NCBI GenBank assembly: GCA_015064635.1
Contig: SVRV01000009.1
Span: 8,282-72,281, forward strand
Origin: Oscillospiraceae bacterium
GTDB lineage: Bacteria; Bacillota; Clostridia; Oscillospirales; SIG627
DNA length: 64,000 bases
Direction: 5' to 3'
Shown here: positions 29,510-38,059 of the stretch, in pieces
Numbering within the stretch: position 1 is the stretch's first letter
Layout of the letters: each line of letters starts with the position of its first letter
The notes under the pieces: model-generated
Database searches by the model: none
Seen by the model: the letters and a program-made list of their open reading frames with translations, nothing else
What the model was told of the DNA's origin: nothing
Translations under genes and position numbers: made by a program

Positions 29510-30484
29510 TTATATACCGCAGATTTTTACTTTAACGCCAAGCTCTCTTTCTAAAGTGAGCACGTTTTCTCTTTTTTGCCCTATATATTGGGAAATGATT
29601 CTTGACGGAACATGGAATATGGCACATCCGTCCTTTATTTCAAGGTTTTTTGCTCTTTCTCTCAGCTCGTCAAGGCGTACTCTTGAAAGTATCATTTCCC
29701 CGATGGCGTCATGATATTCGCCCGCCAAAACCTCGGAGGAGTGAAGTCCTTCGGTGGATTGAAGTCCGATGCGTATAACGTCAACGCCATTTCCTTCAAA
29801 TACCTTGTAAACCGCCGCACCTCTCTCTACTGTCTCCTCAAGGGAGGGAGGTACATATTCTCCGCTTTCCCAAAGATTGGCAAGAGCTGTTTTTTTAAAG
29901 GTGACGGTGGGATAAATACGTGCCGAGGAGGCGTACTTGCTTATTTCATGGGCGGTGTTCACCTCGTCCTCTGCGTTTGCTCCGTACATGCCCGTCATCA
30001 TCTGCCCCGTCAGCTCAAAGCCTTTTTCAACTATTTTCTTCATGGCAAGGCGTGAAGTTTCGGCATTATGTCCACGTCGGTTAAGAGAAAGCACTCGGTC
30101 ATTCATTGACTGAATACCAAGCTCTATGTTTTTTACGTTGTACTTTTCAAGTATGTCAAGTATTTCATCGCTGATATAGTCGGGACGGGTGGAAAGTCTG
30201 ACAGACGAAGCTTTACCTGCCGTTATGTATTTATTCGCCGTTTCGAGAAGTCTTATCATAAGTCCTCTCTCTATTCCCGTGAAGCTTCCGCCGAAAAAGG
30301 CTATCTGAGGCACTCTTGACGAAAGTGTCGTGAGTGCTTCTTCGATTTCTTTTTCTACATTTTCGATTCGGAATTCTTCTTTTCCCGAAATGGTGCGTTG
30401 GTTACAGAAAACGCAATCATTGGGACAGCCTACATGGGGAACAAAGATGGGGATGTTTGCGTGACGCTTCATGCCCTCTTCCAC
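29510..30484 (-). CDS. Radical SAM protein (ELP3-like N-terminal core)
   Basis: CPNDCVFC CxxxCxxC cluster near the N-terminus. An alternative ATG lies 12 nt downstream of the GTG. Overlaps the cysS end. Confidence 0.8.
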   Translation of the reverse strand: MEEGMKRHANIPIFVPHVGCPNDCVFCNQRTISGKEEFRIENVEKEIEEALTTLSSRVPQIAFFGGSFTGIERGLMIRLLETANKYITAGKASSVRLSTRPDYISDEILDILEKYNVKNIELGIQSMNDRVLSLNRRGHNAETSRLAMKKIVEKGFELTGQMMTGMYGANAEDEVNTAHEISKYASSARIYPTVTFKKTALANLWESGEYVPPSLEETVERGAAVYKVFEGNGVDVIRIGLQSTEGLHSSEVLAGEYHDAIGEMILSRVRLDELRERAKNLEIKDGCAIFHVPSRIISQYIGQKRENVLTLERELGVKVKICGI

Positions 30485-31857
30485 TTAGTGCCTGCGGGAG
30501 TGTCTTCAAGGATAATGCCCTTTGATTTAAGCTCCTCGCGGATTTCATCGGCTCTTGCGTAGTTCTTCGCCTTCTTAGCCTGAAGTCTTTCTTCGATAAG
30601 CTCGTCGATCCATGCGCTGTCCTCTTCCTCTTCGGGGATAAGGAAGCCCATAAGTCCTACAAGCTCACGGTAAATGGAGTATATTGCTTCAAGGTCAGCC
30701 TTTGAAAGCTCTCCTGCAACAAGAGTGTTTATCGCTCTTATCATTTCGAATATTGCGGAAATACCATCGGCTGTATTGAAGTCATCGTCCATTGCTTCAA
30801 TGAATTTATCTCTGTACTGACAGAGTGCATTTATGTCCTCTGTCTTTGTGAGCTCGTCACCCGATGCATTTTTGAGAGCATACTTGATTGCGTTTTCGCA
30901 GTTGTACATTCTCTCAAGAGATGCCTTTGACTGTTCAAGGATTTCAGCCGAGAAGTTGATGGGGCTTCTGTACTGAGCAGACACAAGGAAGAAACGGATT
31001 GCGGGGTATCCGTATTTAGCTGCCGCATCTCTTACTGTGAAGAAGTTACCGAGAGACTTTGACATCTTCTTGTTGTCAACGTTGATATATCCGTTGTGGA
31101 TAAAGGTACGGCAGAAGGGTACGCCGAATGCCGCCTCGGACTGTGCAACCTCGTTTTCGTGGTGAGGGAAGGTAAGGTCCTGTCCGCCGCCGTGAAGGTC
31201 TATTGTCTTGCCGAGGAATTTATCTACCATTGCCGAGCATTCGATATGCCAGCCGGGTCTGCCCTTGCCCCAGGGAGAATCCCACCAGGGCTCACCCTCT
31301 TTATATGCCTTCCAGAGAGCGAAGTCAAGTGGGTCACGCTTAACATCGTTTACGTCAATTCTCGCTCCGCTTTCAAGGTCGTCTACGTCAAATCCGCCAA
31401 GCTTACCGTAGCCTTTAAATTTACGAGCGGCAAAATATACGTCTCCGTTATCTGCGGCATAAGCAAAGCCCTTGTCAACAAGTATCTTGATTATTTCAAT
31501 AATCTCAGCCATGTTGTCGGTAGCTCTGGGGTGGAAGGTAGCGGGAGTGATGCCGAGGCCCTTTGCATCTGTGAAGTACTCTGCAATGTACTTGTCGGCA
31601 ACTTCCTTTACAGTTGTGCCTTCCTCGTTGGCTCTCTTTATCATTTTGTCGTCAATGTCGGTGAAGTTCTGAACGAATGTAACCTTGTTTCCTCTGTACT
31701 CAAGGTAACGTCTGAGAAGGTCAAACACAACAAAGCATCTTGCGTTTCCTACATGGAAAAAGTTGTATACTGTGGGACCGCAGGCGTACATTCTGACGGT
31801 GTTGTCCTTAAATTCCATTTCTTCTTTTCTTTTGGTCATTGAGTTATAAAATTTCAT
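30469..31857 (-). CDS. cysS: Cysteine--tRNA ligase
   Basis: HIGH-type HVGNAR, KMSKS motif, 462 aa. Confidence 0.96.
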   Translation of the reverse strand: MKFYNSMTKRKEEMEFKDNTVRMYACGPTVYNFFHVGNARCFVVFDLLRRYLEYRGNKVTFVQNFTDIDDKMIKRANEEGTTVKEVADKYIAEYFTDAKGLGITPATFHPRATDNMAEIIEIIKILVDKGFAYAADNGDVYFAARKFKGYGKLGGFDVDDLESGARIDVNDVKRDPLDFALWKAYKEGEPWWDSPWGKGRPGWHIECSAMVDKFLGKTIDLHGGGQDLTFPHHENEVAQSEAAFGVPFCRTFIHNGYINVDNKKMSKSLGNFFTVRDAAAKYGYPAIRFFLVSAQYRSPINFSAEILEQSKASLERMYNCENAIKYALKNASGDELTKTEDINALCQYRDKFIEAMDDDFNTADGISAIFEMIRAINTLVAGELSKADLEAIYSIYRELVGLMGFLIPEEEEDSAWIDELIEERLQAKKAKNYARADEIREELKSKGIILEDTPAGTKWKRA

Positions 31858-31910
31858 ATATATCCTCCGTTATATTTATTTTTTATTATATTAGGGTTTC
31901 ACCCTTGAAG

Positions 31911-32075
31911 CGACTCGCATTATCCTCGCACATTGTTCGGATATGCTCCCTGCACGGCTTGAATTTTTGCTCGCTTTGGCTAATTCGCTCGCGGCAAAAA
32001 TCCCCCGCACGCCCACCAAGAAACTTTTTGAAAAAATTTTCTTGGAACTTCAAAAACTTTTATTATGAATAAAAG
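31911..32075. repeat. Composite repeat in the cysE-cysS spacer: family B left arm + family A palindrome and tail
   Basis: 31911-32008 parallels 18279-18374. CCAAGAAACTTTTTGAAAAAATTTTCTTGG at 32016-32045, followed by the AACTTCAAAAACTTTTATTAT tail. Confidence 0.6.
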
Positions 32076-32102
32076 TTATATTTTTAAAAGTAATGTTTAT
32101 GC

Positions 32103-32732
32103 TCACTTATTTTCCAGCTCTTCGATTTTAGCTTTCAGCTTATCCAGCTCTGCGTGAAGCTTGCAAAGCTCCTGGGATATGGGGTCGGGAATGTGCACCT
32201 GGTCAAGGTCTGCGGGGCGTTCTCCGTTTCGTCTTACAACTCTTGCAGGTGAGCCTACTGCTGTACAATCTGGGGGTATTTCCGAAAGTACAATTGAGCC
32301 TGCTGCAATTTTGGCACGGTCGCCCACCTTAAAGGGGCCAAGCACCTTGGCGCCTGCACCTACCAGCACGCCGTTTCCGAGTGTGGGATGTCTTTTTCCC
32401 GTGTCCTTACCTGTACCGCCCAAGGTAACTCCCTGATAGAGAGTACATTCGTCACCTATTTCAGCAGTCTCACCGATAACCACTCCCGAGCCGTGGTCAA
32501 TAAAGAGTCCACGTCCGATTGTTGCACCCGGATGTATTTCGATTCCCGTGAAAAATCGTCCCAGCTGGGAGATGAGTCTTGCGATGAAAAACAAGTGTAT
32601 TTTATAAAAGAAGTGGGATATTCTGTAGTATATCAAAGCGTGAAAGCCCGAGTAAAGAAAGAAAATCTCAAAAACGTTTCTTGCCGCAGGGTCACGCTTT
32701 TTTATTGATTTAAGGTCATCGATTATTTTCAT
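32103..32732 (-). CDS. cysE: Serine O-acetyltransferase
   Basis: Hexapeptide-repeat transferase with N-terminal KKRDPAARN. ATG at 32732 follows GGAG. The ORF-track start at 32771 runs into a repeat element. Confidence 0.9.
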   Translation of the reverse strand: MKIIDDLKSIKKRDPAARNVFEIFFLYSGFHALIYYRISHFFYKIHLFFIARLISQLGRFFTGIEIHPGATIGRGLFIDHGSGVVIGETAEIGDECTLYQGVTLGGTGKDTGKRHPTLGNGVLVGAGAKVLGPFKVGDRAKIAAGSIVLSEIPPDCTAVGSPARVVRRNGERPADLDQVHIPDPISQELCKLHAELDKLKAKIEELENK

Positions 32733-32767
32733 GAAATACTCCATAGCAGGGCTTTGCCCTGCACTCG

Positions 32768-32835
32768 CCAAAGAATCTTTTTAAAAAAGTTTCTTTGGGA
32801 TCTTCAAAAATTTTTATTGTGAAAAATAAAAAAAC
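32768..32835. repeat. Repeat-family A copy between the T-box terminator and the cysE start
   Basis: CCAAAGAATCTTTTTAAAAAAGTTTCTTTGG (32768-32798), followed by GATCTTCAAAAATTTTTATTGT.... Confidence 0.6.
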
Positions 32836-33020
32836 AGCGCCTCTTTGCAAGAGGCGCTGCTTAGCGCGGTTCCACTCTTATTTATAACTTTTTCATGGCT
32901 TCGGCTTTAAAGCGGACGCACCTTCACGAAATATTACCCGAATGCTCGCACCAACCGCATCTTCTCTGAGGGCTTTTCTTCCGTTACTCTTTCCGCACCG
33001 AAAAAATATTCTGTTAATTT
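32828..33020 (-). promoter_or_regulatory. T-box riboswitch, Cys (UGC) specifier, leader of cysE-cysS
   Basis: On the minus strand: Stem I base GCGGA...UCCGC with AGAGUA on the 5' side and GAAGG-UGC-G on the 3' side. T-box sequence AGAGUGGAACCGCGC (UGGA bulge). Terminator CAGCGCCUCUU-GCAA-AGAGGCGCUG plus a U-run (32859-32828). Confidence 0.75.
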
Positions 33021-33025
33021 AGCTT

Positions 33026-33054
33026 ATTGTATCATAGTTTTCCCAAAAGGTCAA
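33026..33054 (-). promoter_or_regulatory. SigmaA-type promoter of the T-box leader
   Basis: On the minus strand: TTGACC (33054-33049), a 17-nt spacer, then TACAAT (33031-33026). Confidence 0.55.
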
Positions 33055-34316
33055 GAAAAAAATACATCTTTGATGATTTTCTCGGCGGTCTCGGGCTTCC
33101 TGTGCTTTGCCGCAACCGTGAGATTTGAAAGGGAGAAAATCTTTTTTGCCGTTTCGCATACTTCTTTTGCCGTGACATCGAAGTATGCTTTTTTTCTTGC
33201 CTCAAGGGTAGTATATTCAAATCCTAAAATATGTGATTCCCAAGCCTTGTTCCAATTGAGGGCTTCGGCATCGTCTAAAATGAATTCCGAGTTTTCTGTA
33301 TAGGGCACCTTTGCAAGGGATAGCTTTTCCTCGTCAACCTTTTCGGTGATATTCTTAAATATCTTCCACACAGCTCTAAGGGCGGGCTCAAAGTCTGCCG
33401 CACTTGTTTCAAAGGAAAGGGAGAGAGAGCCTAAATTTCTGTACTCGTCAAGGTTTGCATCAAAGCTGTATACATAGCCGTTTTTCTCGGACAGTTCAAG
33501 GAATACCTCGGAGGTGTCGCCCTGAAAAAGTATGTCGTACACAAGGTCACGTGCAGGTTTTCTTGTCTTTTCGCAATCAATATCGAAGGCAAGCTTTACC
33601 TTACAGAAATCGTCTCGCTTTACGGTAATATCGGGGGAACGCTTAAAGAAACGCTTGGGCTTTTCGGCTGTGTTGCTCCTTGTCTTGCCGTCGGGAAGTG
33701 ATATTTTATCAAGCCTTTCAACAAGCCCCGAAAGATTTTTTTCTTCAAAAGCACCTGTAAGGTAGAAGAAAATATTGTTTTTACAAAAAAGCTCTTCCGA
33801 AAATTTATGAAGTTTTGACAGTGTAACGGCGGATATCTTGCCGACCGTACCCGTTATTGTTTCCGCAAGTCCCGTACCGACCCAGACAGCCTTTTGGCTC
33901 ATTGCATCAACCGATGAACGGTAGGTGTCCTCTCTTATTTCTCTCTTGACTCTTTCCTTTTCGGCATTGAGCTCGGACAGAGTTATTTCGAGAGGGGAGA
34001 GTGCAAGAAGCAGAATATCGGCGGCTTTATCAAAATGCTTCGGTGAGCCCTGTACGGATATCTGTATCAGCTCGTTATAGGTTGCGCCCGACAGAGTAAG
34101 ACCGTAGCGGTCAAGCTCTCGGTATAGTGTGCCCCCCATAATATGATTGATATTCCTGAAAAGGCTGTGCTCAAGAAGATGAGACATTCCCACGTTATCG
34201 CTTCCGTCATAAAGGGGACCTGCAGGAATATAAAGGGATAAAACAAAGCTGTGTAGGGGAGTATAAAGGGAATACAAACGTATTCCCGATTTTGTGATTG
34301 ACTTTTTTTCTTGCAT
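33051..34316 (-). CDS. M16-family (pitrilysin-like) peptidase
   Basis: HLLEH zinc motif near the N-terminus, 421 aa. Confidence 0.85.
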   Translation of the reverse strand: MQEKKSITKSGIRLYSLYTPLHSFVLSLYIPAGPLYDGSDNVGMSHLLEHSLFRNINHIMGGTLYRELDRYGLTLSGATYNELIQISVQGSPKHFDKAADILLLALSPLEITLSELNAEKERVKREIREDTYRSSVDAMSQKAVWVGTGLAETITGTVGKISAVTLSKLHKFSEELFCKNNIFFYLTGAFEEKNLSGLVERLDKISLPDGKTRSNTAEKPKRFFKRSPDITVKRDDFCKVKLAFDIDCEKTRKPARDLVYDILFQGDTSEVFLELSEKNGYVYSFDANLDEYRNLGSLSLSFETSAADFEPALRAVWKIFKNITEKVDEEKLSLAKVPYTENSEFILDDAEALNWNKAWESHILGFEYTTLEARKKAYFDVTAKEVCETAKKIFSLSNLTVAAKHRKPETAEKIIKDVFFS

Positions 34317-34337
34317 TATTAAAACCTTTTTGGAGTT

Positions 34338-34913
34338 TTATTTTGTGGGGTCAATGTATTTCCAGTAAGCATTGATGTAGTTTATACCCGACCAGAGTGT
34401 AAGAACGGCGGTTGCAGCCATACCTACATAGGAAAGGTAGTGATAATCCCATATAATGTGCTCTACGAGGAACACAACAATGGATATTGACTGTGTCATA
34501 GTCTTACATTTGCCAAGCCAGTTTGCGGGCACAACAACGCCGTCACCCGCTACGATAAGACGTATTGAGGTAATGGCAAGCTCACGGAAAATAACGATTA
34601 TTGTAACCCATACCATATAGGGCTGAAGGGCAACATTTGTAACTGTGATTGCCATAAGGGTACCGATTACCATAAATTTATCGGCAACGGGGTCCATAAA
34701 CTTTCCGAAATTGGTTATGAGGTTGTATTTTCTCGCTATTTTGCCGTCGATGAAGTCGGTGATTGCCGTAACTATAAAAAGAACAGTGGGAATAATTCCG
34801 TACAGCAATTCATTGTTACCCGAGAGTGAGGGATAGAGAATGAAAACCATTACTATGGGAACAAGTAACATTCTTAAGATGGTCAGTTTGTTTGGAATAT
34901 TTATTTTAGCCAT
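34338..34913 (-). CDS. pgsA: CDP-diacylglycerol--glycerol-3-phosphate 3-phosphatidyltransferase
   Basis: CDP-alcohol phosphatidyltransferase motif DFIDGKIARKYNLITNFGKFMDPVADK. ATG at 34913 follows AAGGAG. Confidence 0.9.
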   Translation of the reverse strand: MAKINIPNKLTILRMLLVPIVMVFILYPSLSGNNELLYGIIPTVLFIVTAITDFIDGKIARKYNLITNFGKFMDPVADKFMVIGTLMAITVTNVALQPYMVWVTIIVIFRELAITSIRLIVAGDGVVVPANWLGKCKTMTQSISIVVFLVEHIIWDYHYLSYVGMAATAVLTLWSGINYINAYWKYIDPTK

Positions 34914-34951
34914 TATATAACTCCTTTTCTTCAATATAAAGCTGAAATATA

Positions 34952-36283
34952 TTATACTTGTTTTCCAACCAGATCGTAATCTAAAGTGGATGTTATTTCG
35001 ACCTCTGCAAACTCACCGTCTCGAAGTCTTCTCTTGGCACTGAAATAAACCTTGCCGTCTATTTCGGGAGCATCCGCTTCACTTCTGCCATAATAGGTCT
35101 CTCCCACCGGGTCATAGCCTTCGCAAAGGACGGTAAGAGTTTTTCCTATTTGCTTTTCGTTGTTTTCTGCATGTATTCTGTATTGTGCCTCCATAATGGC
35201 GTCACAGCGTTTTTGCTTTTGCTTTTCTGAAACCTGCTTCATGCTATATGCGGGAGTGTCCTCTTCTCTTGAATAAGTAAAGGCACCCAGTCGCTCAAAG
35301 CGTGTTTCCTTGATATAATCGAGGAGCTCCAGCCATTCGTCCGAGGTTTCTGTGGGGAAGCCTGCGATAACAGTGGTGCGTATGGTGATTTCGGGCATTG
35401 CCTCACGAAGTCGTTTTACAGCGCTCTTGATTACCTCGGAGCCGCCGTGTCGGTTCATTGCGCCCAGCACTCTGTCATTTATATGCTGTATGGGCATATC
35501 AATATACTTTGCGATATTCTTATATTTTGCCATAACGGCTACAAGCTCATCTGTAATCTTGTCGGGATAGCAATAGAGGAGTCTTATCCACTTGAAGTCA
35601 AGTCCCTCCTCGTTGCAAAGGCGCTCAAGGAGATCGGAGAGCATATATCTGCCCGTCAGGTCAAAGCCGTAGCGTGTGGTGTCCTGGGCAACCAAGCACA
35701 GCTCTCTTACACCAAGGTCATAAAGCGTGTGCGCTTCAGCTACGATATCCTCCATATCACGGCTTCTGAACCGTCCGCGTATATCGGGGATAGAGCAATA
35801 AGCACAGCGGTTGTCACATCCCTCCGCAATTTTCAGATATGCCGTGTATTCGGGAGTGGTCACAACTCTGTCTCCACCGAAGGCAAGATTTTCGGTGGGT
35901 GCGGTTGAAATGTACTTTTCACCTCTGAAAGCGGCTTCTACCGCTTCACATATCTTTCCTTCGTCCCCTGCCGACAGTATGGCATCAACCTCGGGAAGAG
36001 ATTTTTCTATATCTGCGGCATATCTTGTGGCAAGACAGCCTGTAACAACAATTCCCTTTAAGTTGTGGTGCTCTTTTAAATATGCTACGTCAAGTATTGA
36101 CTCAATTGCTTCTTCTTTTGCACTTTGAATGAAAGCACAGGTATTTATTATCATTACGTCGGCATATATATCCTCTGCCACGAGCTCATAGCCCTTTTCA
36201 TTCAAAAGTCCGAGCATTACCTCGGTGTCGCAGGTGTTTTTGGGACAGCCCAGCGACAAAAAGCCTACTTTTATATTTGGCAT
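34952..36283 (-). CDS. rimO: Ribosomal protein S12 methylthiotransferase RimO
   Basis: N-terminal LSLGCPKNTCDTE, radical SAM CDNRCAYC and a C-terminal TRAM-like domain. Confidence 0.88.
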   Translation of the reverse strand: MPNIKVGFLSLGCPKNTCDTEVMLGLLNEKGYELVAEDIYADVMIINTCAFIQSAKEEAIESILDVAYLKEHHNLKGIVVTGCLATRYAADIEKSLPEVDAILSAGDEGKICEAVEAAFRGEKYISTAPTENLAFGGDRVVTTPEYTAYLKIAEGCDNRCAYCSIPDIRGRFRSRDMEDIVAEAHTLYDLGVRELCLVAQDTTRYGFDLTGRYMLSDLLERLCNEEGLDFKWIRLLYCYPDKITDELVAVMAKYKNIAKYIDMPIQHINDRVLGAMNRHGGSEVIKSAVKRLREAMPEITIRTTVIAGFPTETSDEWLELLDYIKETRFERLGAFTYSREEDTPAYSMKQVSEKQKQKRCDAIMEAQYRIHAENNEKQIGKTLTVLCEGYDPVGETYYGRSEADAPEIDGKVYFSAKRRLRDGEFAEVEITSTLDYDLVGKQV

Positions 36284-36298
36284 TTGCCATACTCCTTT

Positions 36299-36907
36299 TT
36301 AGTTTTCTATGTTGAGAGCGTCGATTGCTTCTATTATTTCCTCGGAGATATAGCCTCTTTGGTACATTTTCTTGTAAACTGTGTTTCTGTCACAGCCGTT
36401 TAAATTTTTTTCGATATATTCCTTTGCCATGCCAACGAAATCGGGGGACAGCTTTTCAAGGGCACCGTCTATATGCTCATCGGTAAAGCCCTTTTCACGC
36501 ATTGCGGCACGTATTCTCATAATGCCCCAGAATTTGTCAAGGCTCTTTTCCATAAAGCGCAGTGCATATCCGTTATCGTCGATGTATCCTGCGTTTTCAA
36601 GCTTCGCCAAAAGCTCTTCCACCCATTCGGGGTCGGCATTCCCGCCGTACACCTTTTCACGGAGCAGCTTCCTTGTAAGCTCACGCCTTGTTATATCCCC
36701 TGCGGCAAGACGGCGTATCGCTTTTTTCTTGATTTCACGCCTTATGGCAAGGGTGACAAGAAGCTCTGAATTTTCAATTTCCTCTCCTTTTTCAAGGTTT
36801 TGGAAATGCTTTTCAAAGTCACGTATCCAGATGGGGAATTCTCCCTCGTCTGTAACTATGACAGCTTCCTTGTTTTTTTCAATTATATAGTGTCTTAAAT
36901 ATATCAT
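36299..36907 (-). CDS. recX: Regulatory protein RecX
   Basis: 202-aa helical-repeat protein immediately downstream of recA. Confidence 0.8.
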   Translation of the reverse strand: MIYLRHYIIEKNKEAVIVTDEGEFPIWIRDFEKHFQNLEKGEEIENSELLVTLAIRREIKKKAIRRLAAGDITRRELTRKLLREKVYGGNADPEWVEELLAKLENAGYIDDNGYALRFMEKSLDKFWGIMRIRAAMREKGFTDEHIDGALEKLSPDFVGMAKEYIEKNLNGCDRNTVYKKMYQRGYISEEIIEAIDALNIEN

Positions 36908-36924
36908 TTTTGTCGCTTTCCGTA

Positions 36925-38037
36925 TTATTCGTCAAAGCTCTCGTCGAGAATGTCATCCTCGTCATCTTCGTCAAGACCGTTGATGCCTCCAAATGACAGC
37001 TTGCCCTGAAGGTCATTTGCCTGAGCAAGTATCTTTGCCTTGATTTCGTCACGGATATCGGGGTTTTCCTTGAGGTAAATCTTGGAGTTATCCTTGCCCT
37101 GACCAAGTCTGAGTCCGCCGTAGCCGTACCATGAGCCGCTCTTTTGTACGATTCCAAGAGTTTCACCAAGGTCAAGAAGCTCGCCGTCGGAGGAGATGCC
37201 CTCTCCGTACATAATATCAAATTCAGCAGATTTGAAGGGTGCGGCACACTTGTTCTTTACAACCTTACACTTTGTATGGTTACCTACAACGTCGCTCTTA
37301 TTCTTTATCTGCTGTCCGCGGCGAACATCAATTCTTACCGATGCATAGAACTTCAGCGCCTTACCGCCGGTGGTTACCTCGGGGTTACCGTAAACGATAC
37401 CAACCTTTTCACGGAGCTGATTTATGAATATAAGAACACACTGGCTCTTTGCGATAGCACCCGAGAGCTTACGGAGTGCCTGAGACATAAGTCTTGCGTG
37501 TGCACCTACCATCGCCTGTCCCATGTCGCCTTCTATTTCGGCCTTGGGAACGAGTGCGGCAACAGAGTCTACGATTATTACGTCGATTGCATCCGAGCGG
37601 ATAAGAGCTTCGGCAATTTCAAGCGCCTGCTCACCGTTGTCGGGCTGTGCAACAAGCAAATCCTGAATATCAACGCCGATACACTGTGCGTATGCGGGGT
37701 CAAGAGCGTGCTCTGCATCAATAAACGCCGCCGAGCCGCCAAGCTTCTGTGCCTCTGCCGCAATGTGAAGGGCAAGTGTGGTTTTACCCGAGCTTTCGGG
37801 ACCGTATATTTCAACGATTCTTCCCTTGGGAACACCGCCGATACCGAGAGCAAAGTCAAGTGAAAGTGAGCCTGTGGGTATTGCACTTACCTGCATCTGT
37901 GTATTGTCGCCAAGTCTCATGATAGAGCCCTGACCGTATCTTTTTGTTATTTGTGCTATGGCTTTCTTCTTCGCCGCTTCTCTGCCGTCGTCCTTTGCTT
38001 CGGCTTCTGCGGCGCCTTTTTTCTTTTTCTCGTCCAT
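36925..38037 (-). CDS. recA: Recombinase RecA
   Basis: Walker [10 protein letters not shown], conserved L1/L2 regions and an acidic C-terminal tail. Confidence 0.98.
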   Translation of the reverse strand: MDEKKKKGAAEAEAKDDGREAAKKKAIAQITKRYGQGSIMRLGDNTQMQVSAIPTGSLSLDFALGIGGVPKGRIVEIYGPESSGKTTLALHIAAEAQKLGGSAAFIDAEHALDPAYAQCIGVDIQDLLVAQPDNGEQALEIAEALIRSDAIDVIIVDSVAALVPKAEIEGDMGQAMVGAHARLMSQALRKLSGAIAKSQCVLIFINQLREKVGIVYGNPEVTTGGKALKFYASVRIDVRRGQQIKNKSDVVGNHTKCKVVKNKCAAPFKSAEFDIMYGEGISSDGELLDLGETLGIVQKSGSWYGYGGLRLGQGKDNSKIYLKENPDIRDEIKAKILAQANDLQGKLSFGGINGLDEDDEDDILDESFDE

Positions 38038-38059
38038 TTTTCTTCTCCTTTAAAGAGGT

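Noticed and set aside
30469-30484. A one-base discrepancy between my manual base count and the ORF-track coordinates at the cysS/radical SAM overlap.
   Set aside because: This is most likely my counting error in the printed blocks. The ORF-track coordinates are internally consistent (lengths are multiples of three), so they were kept.
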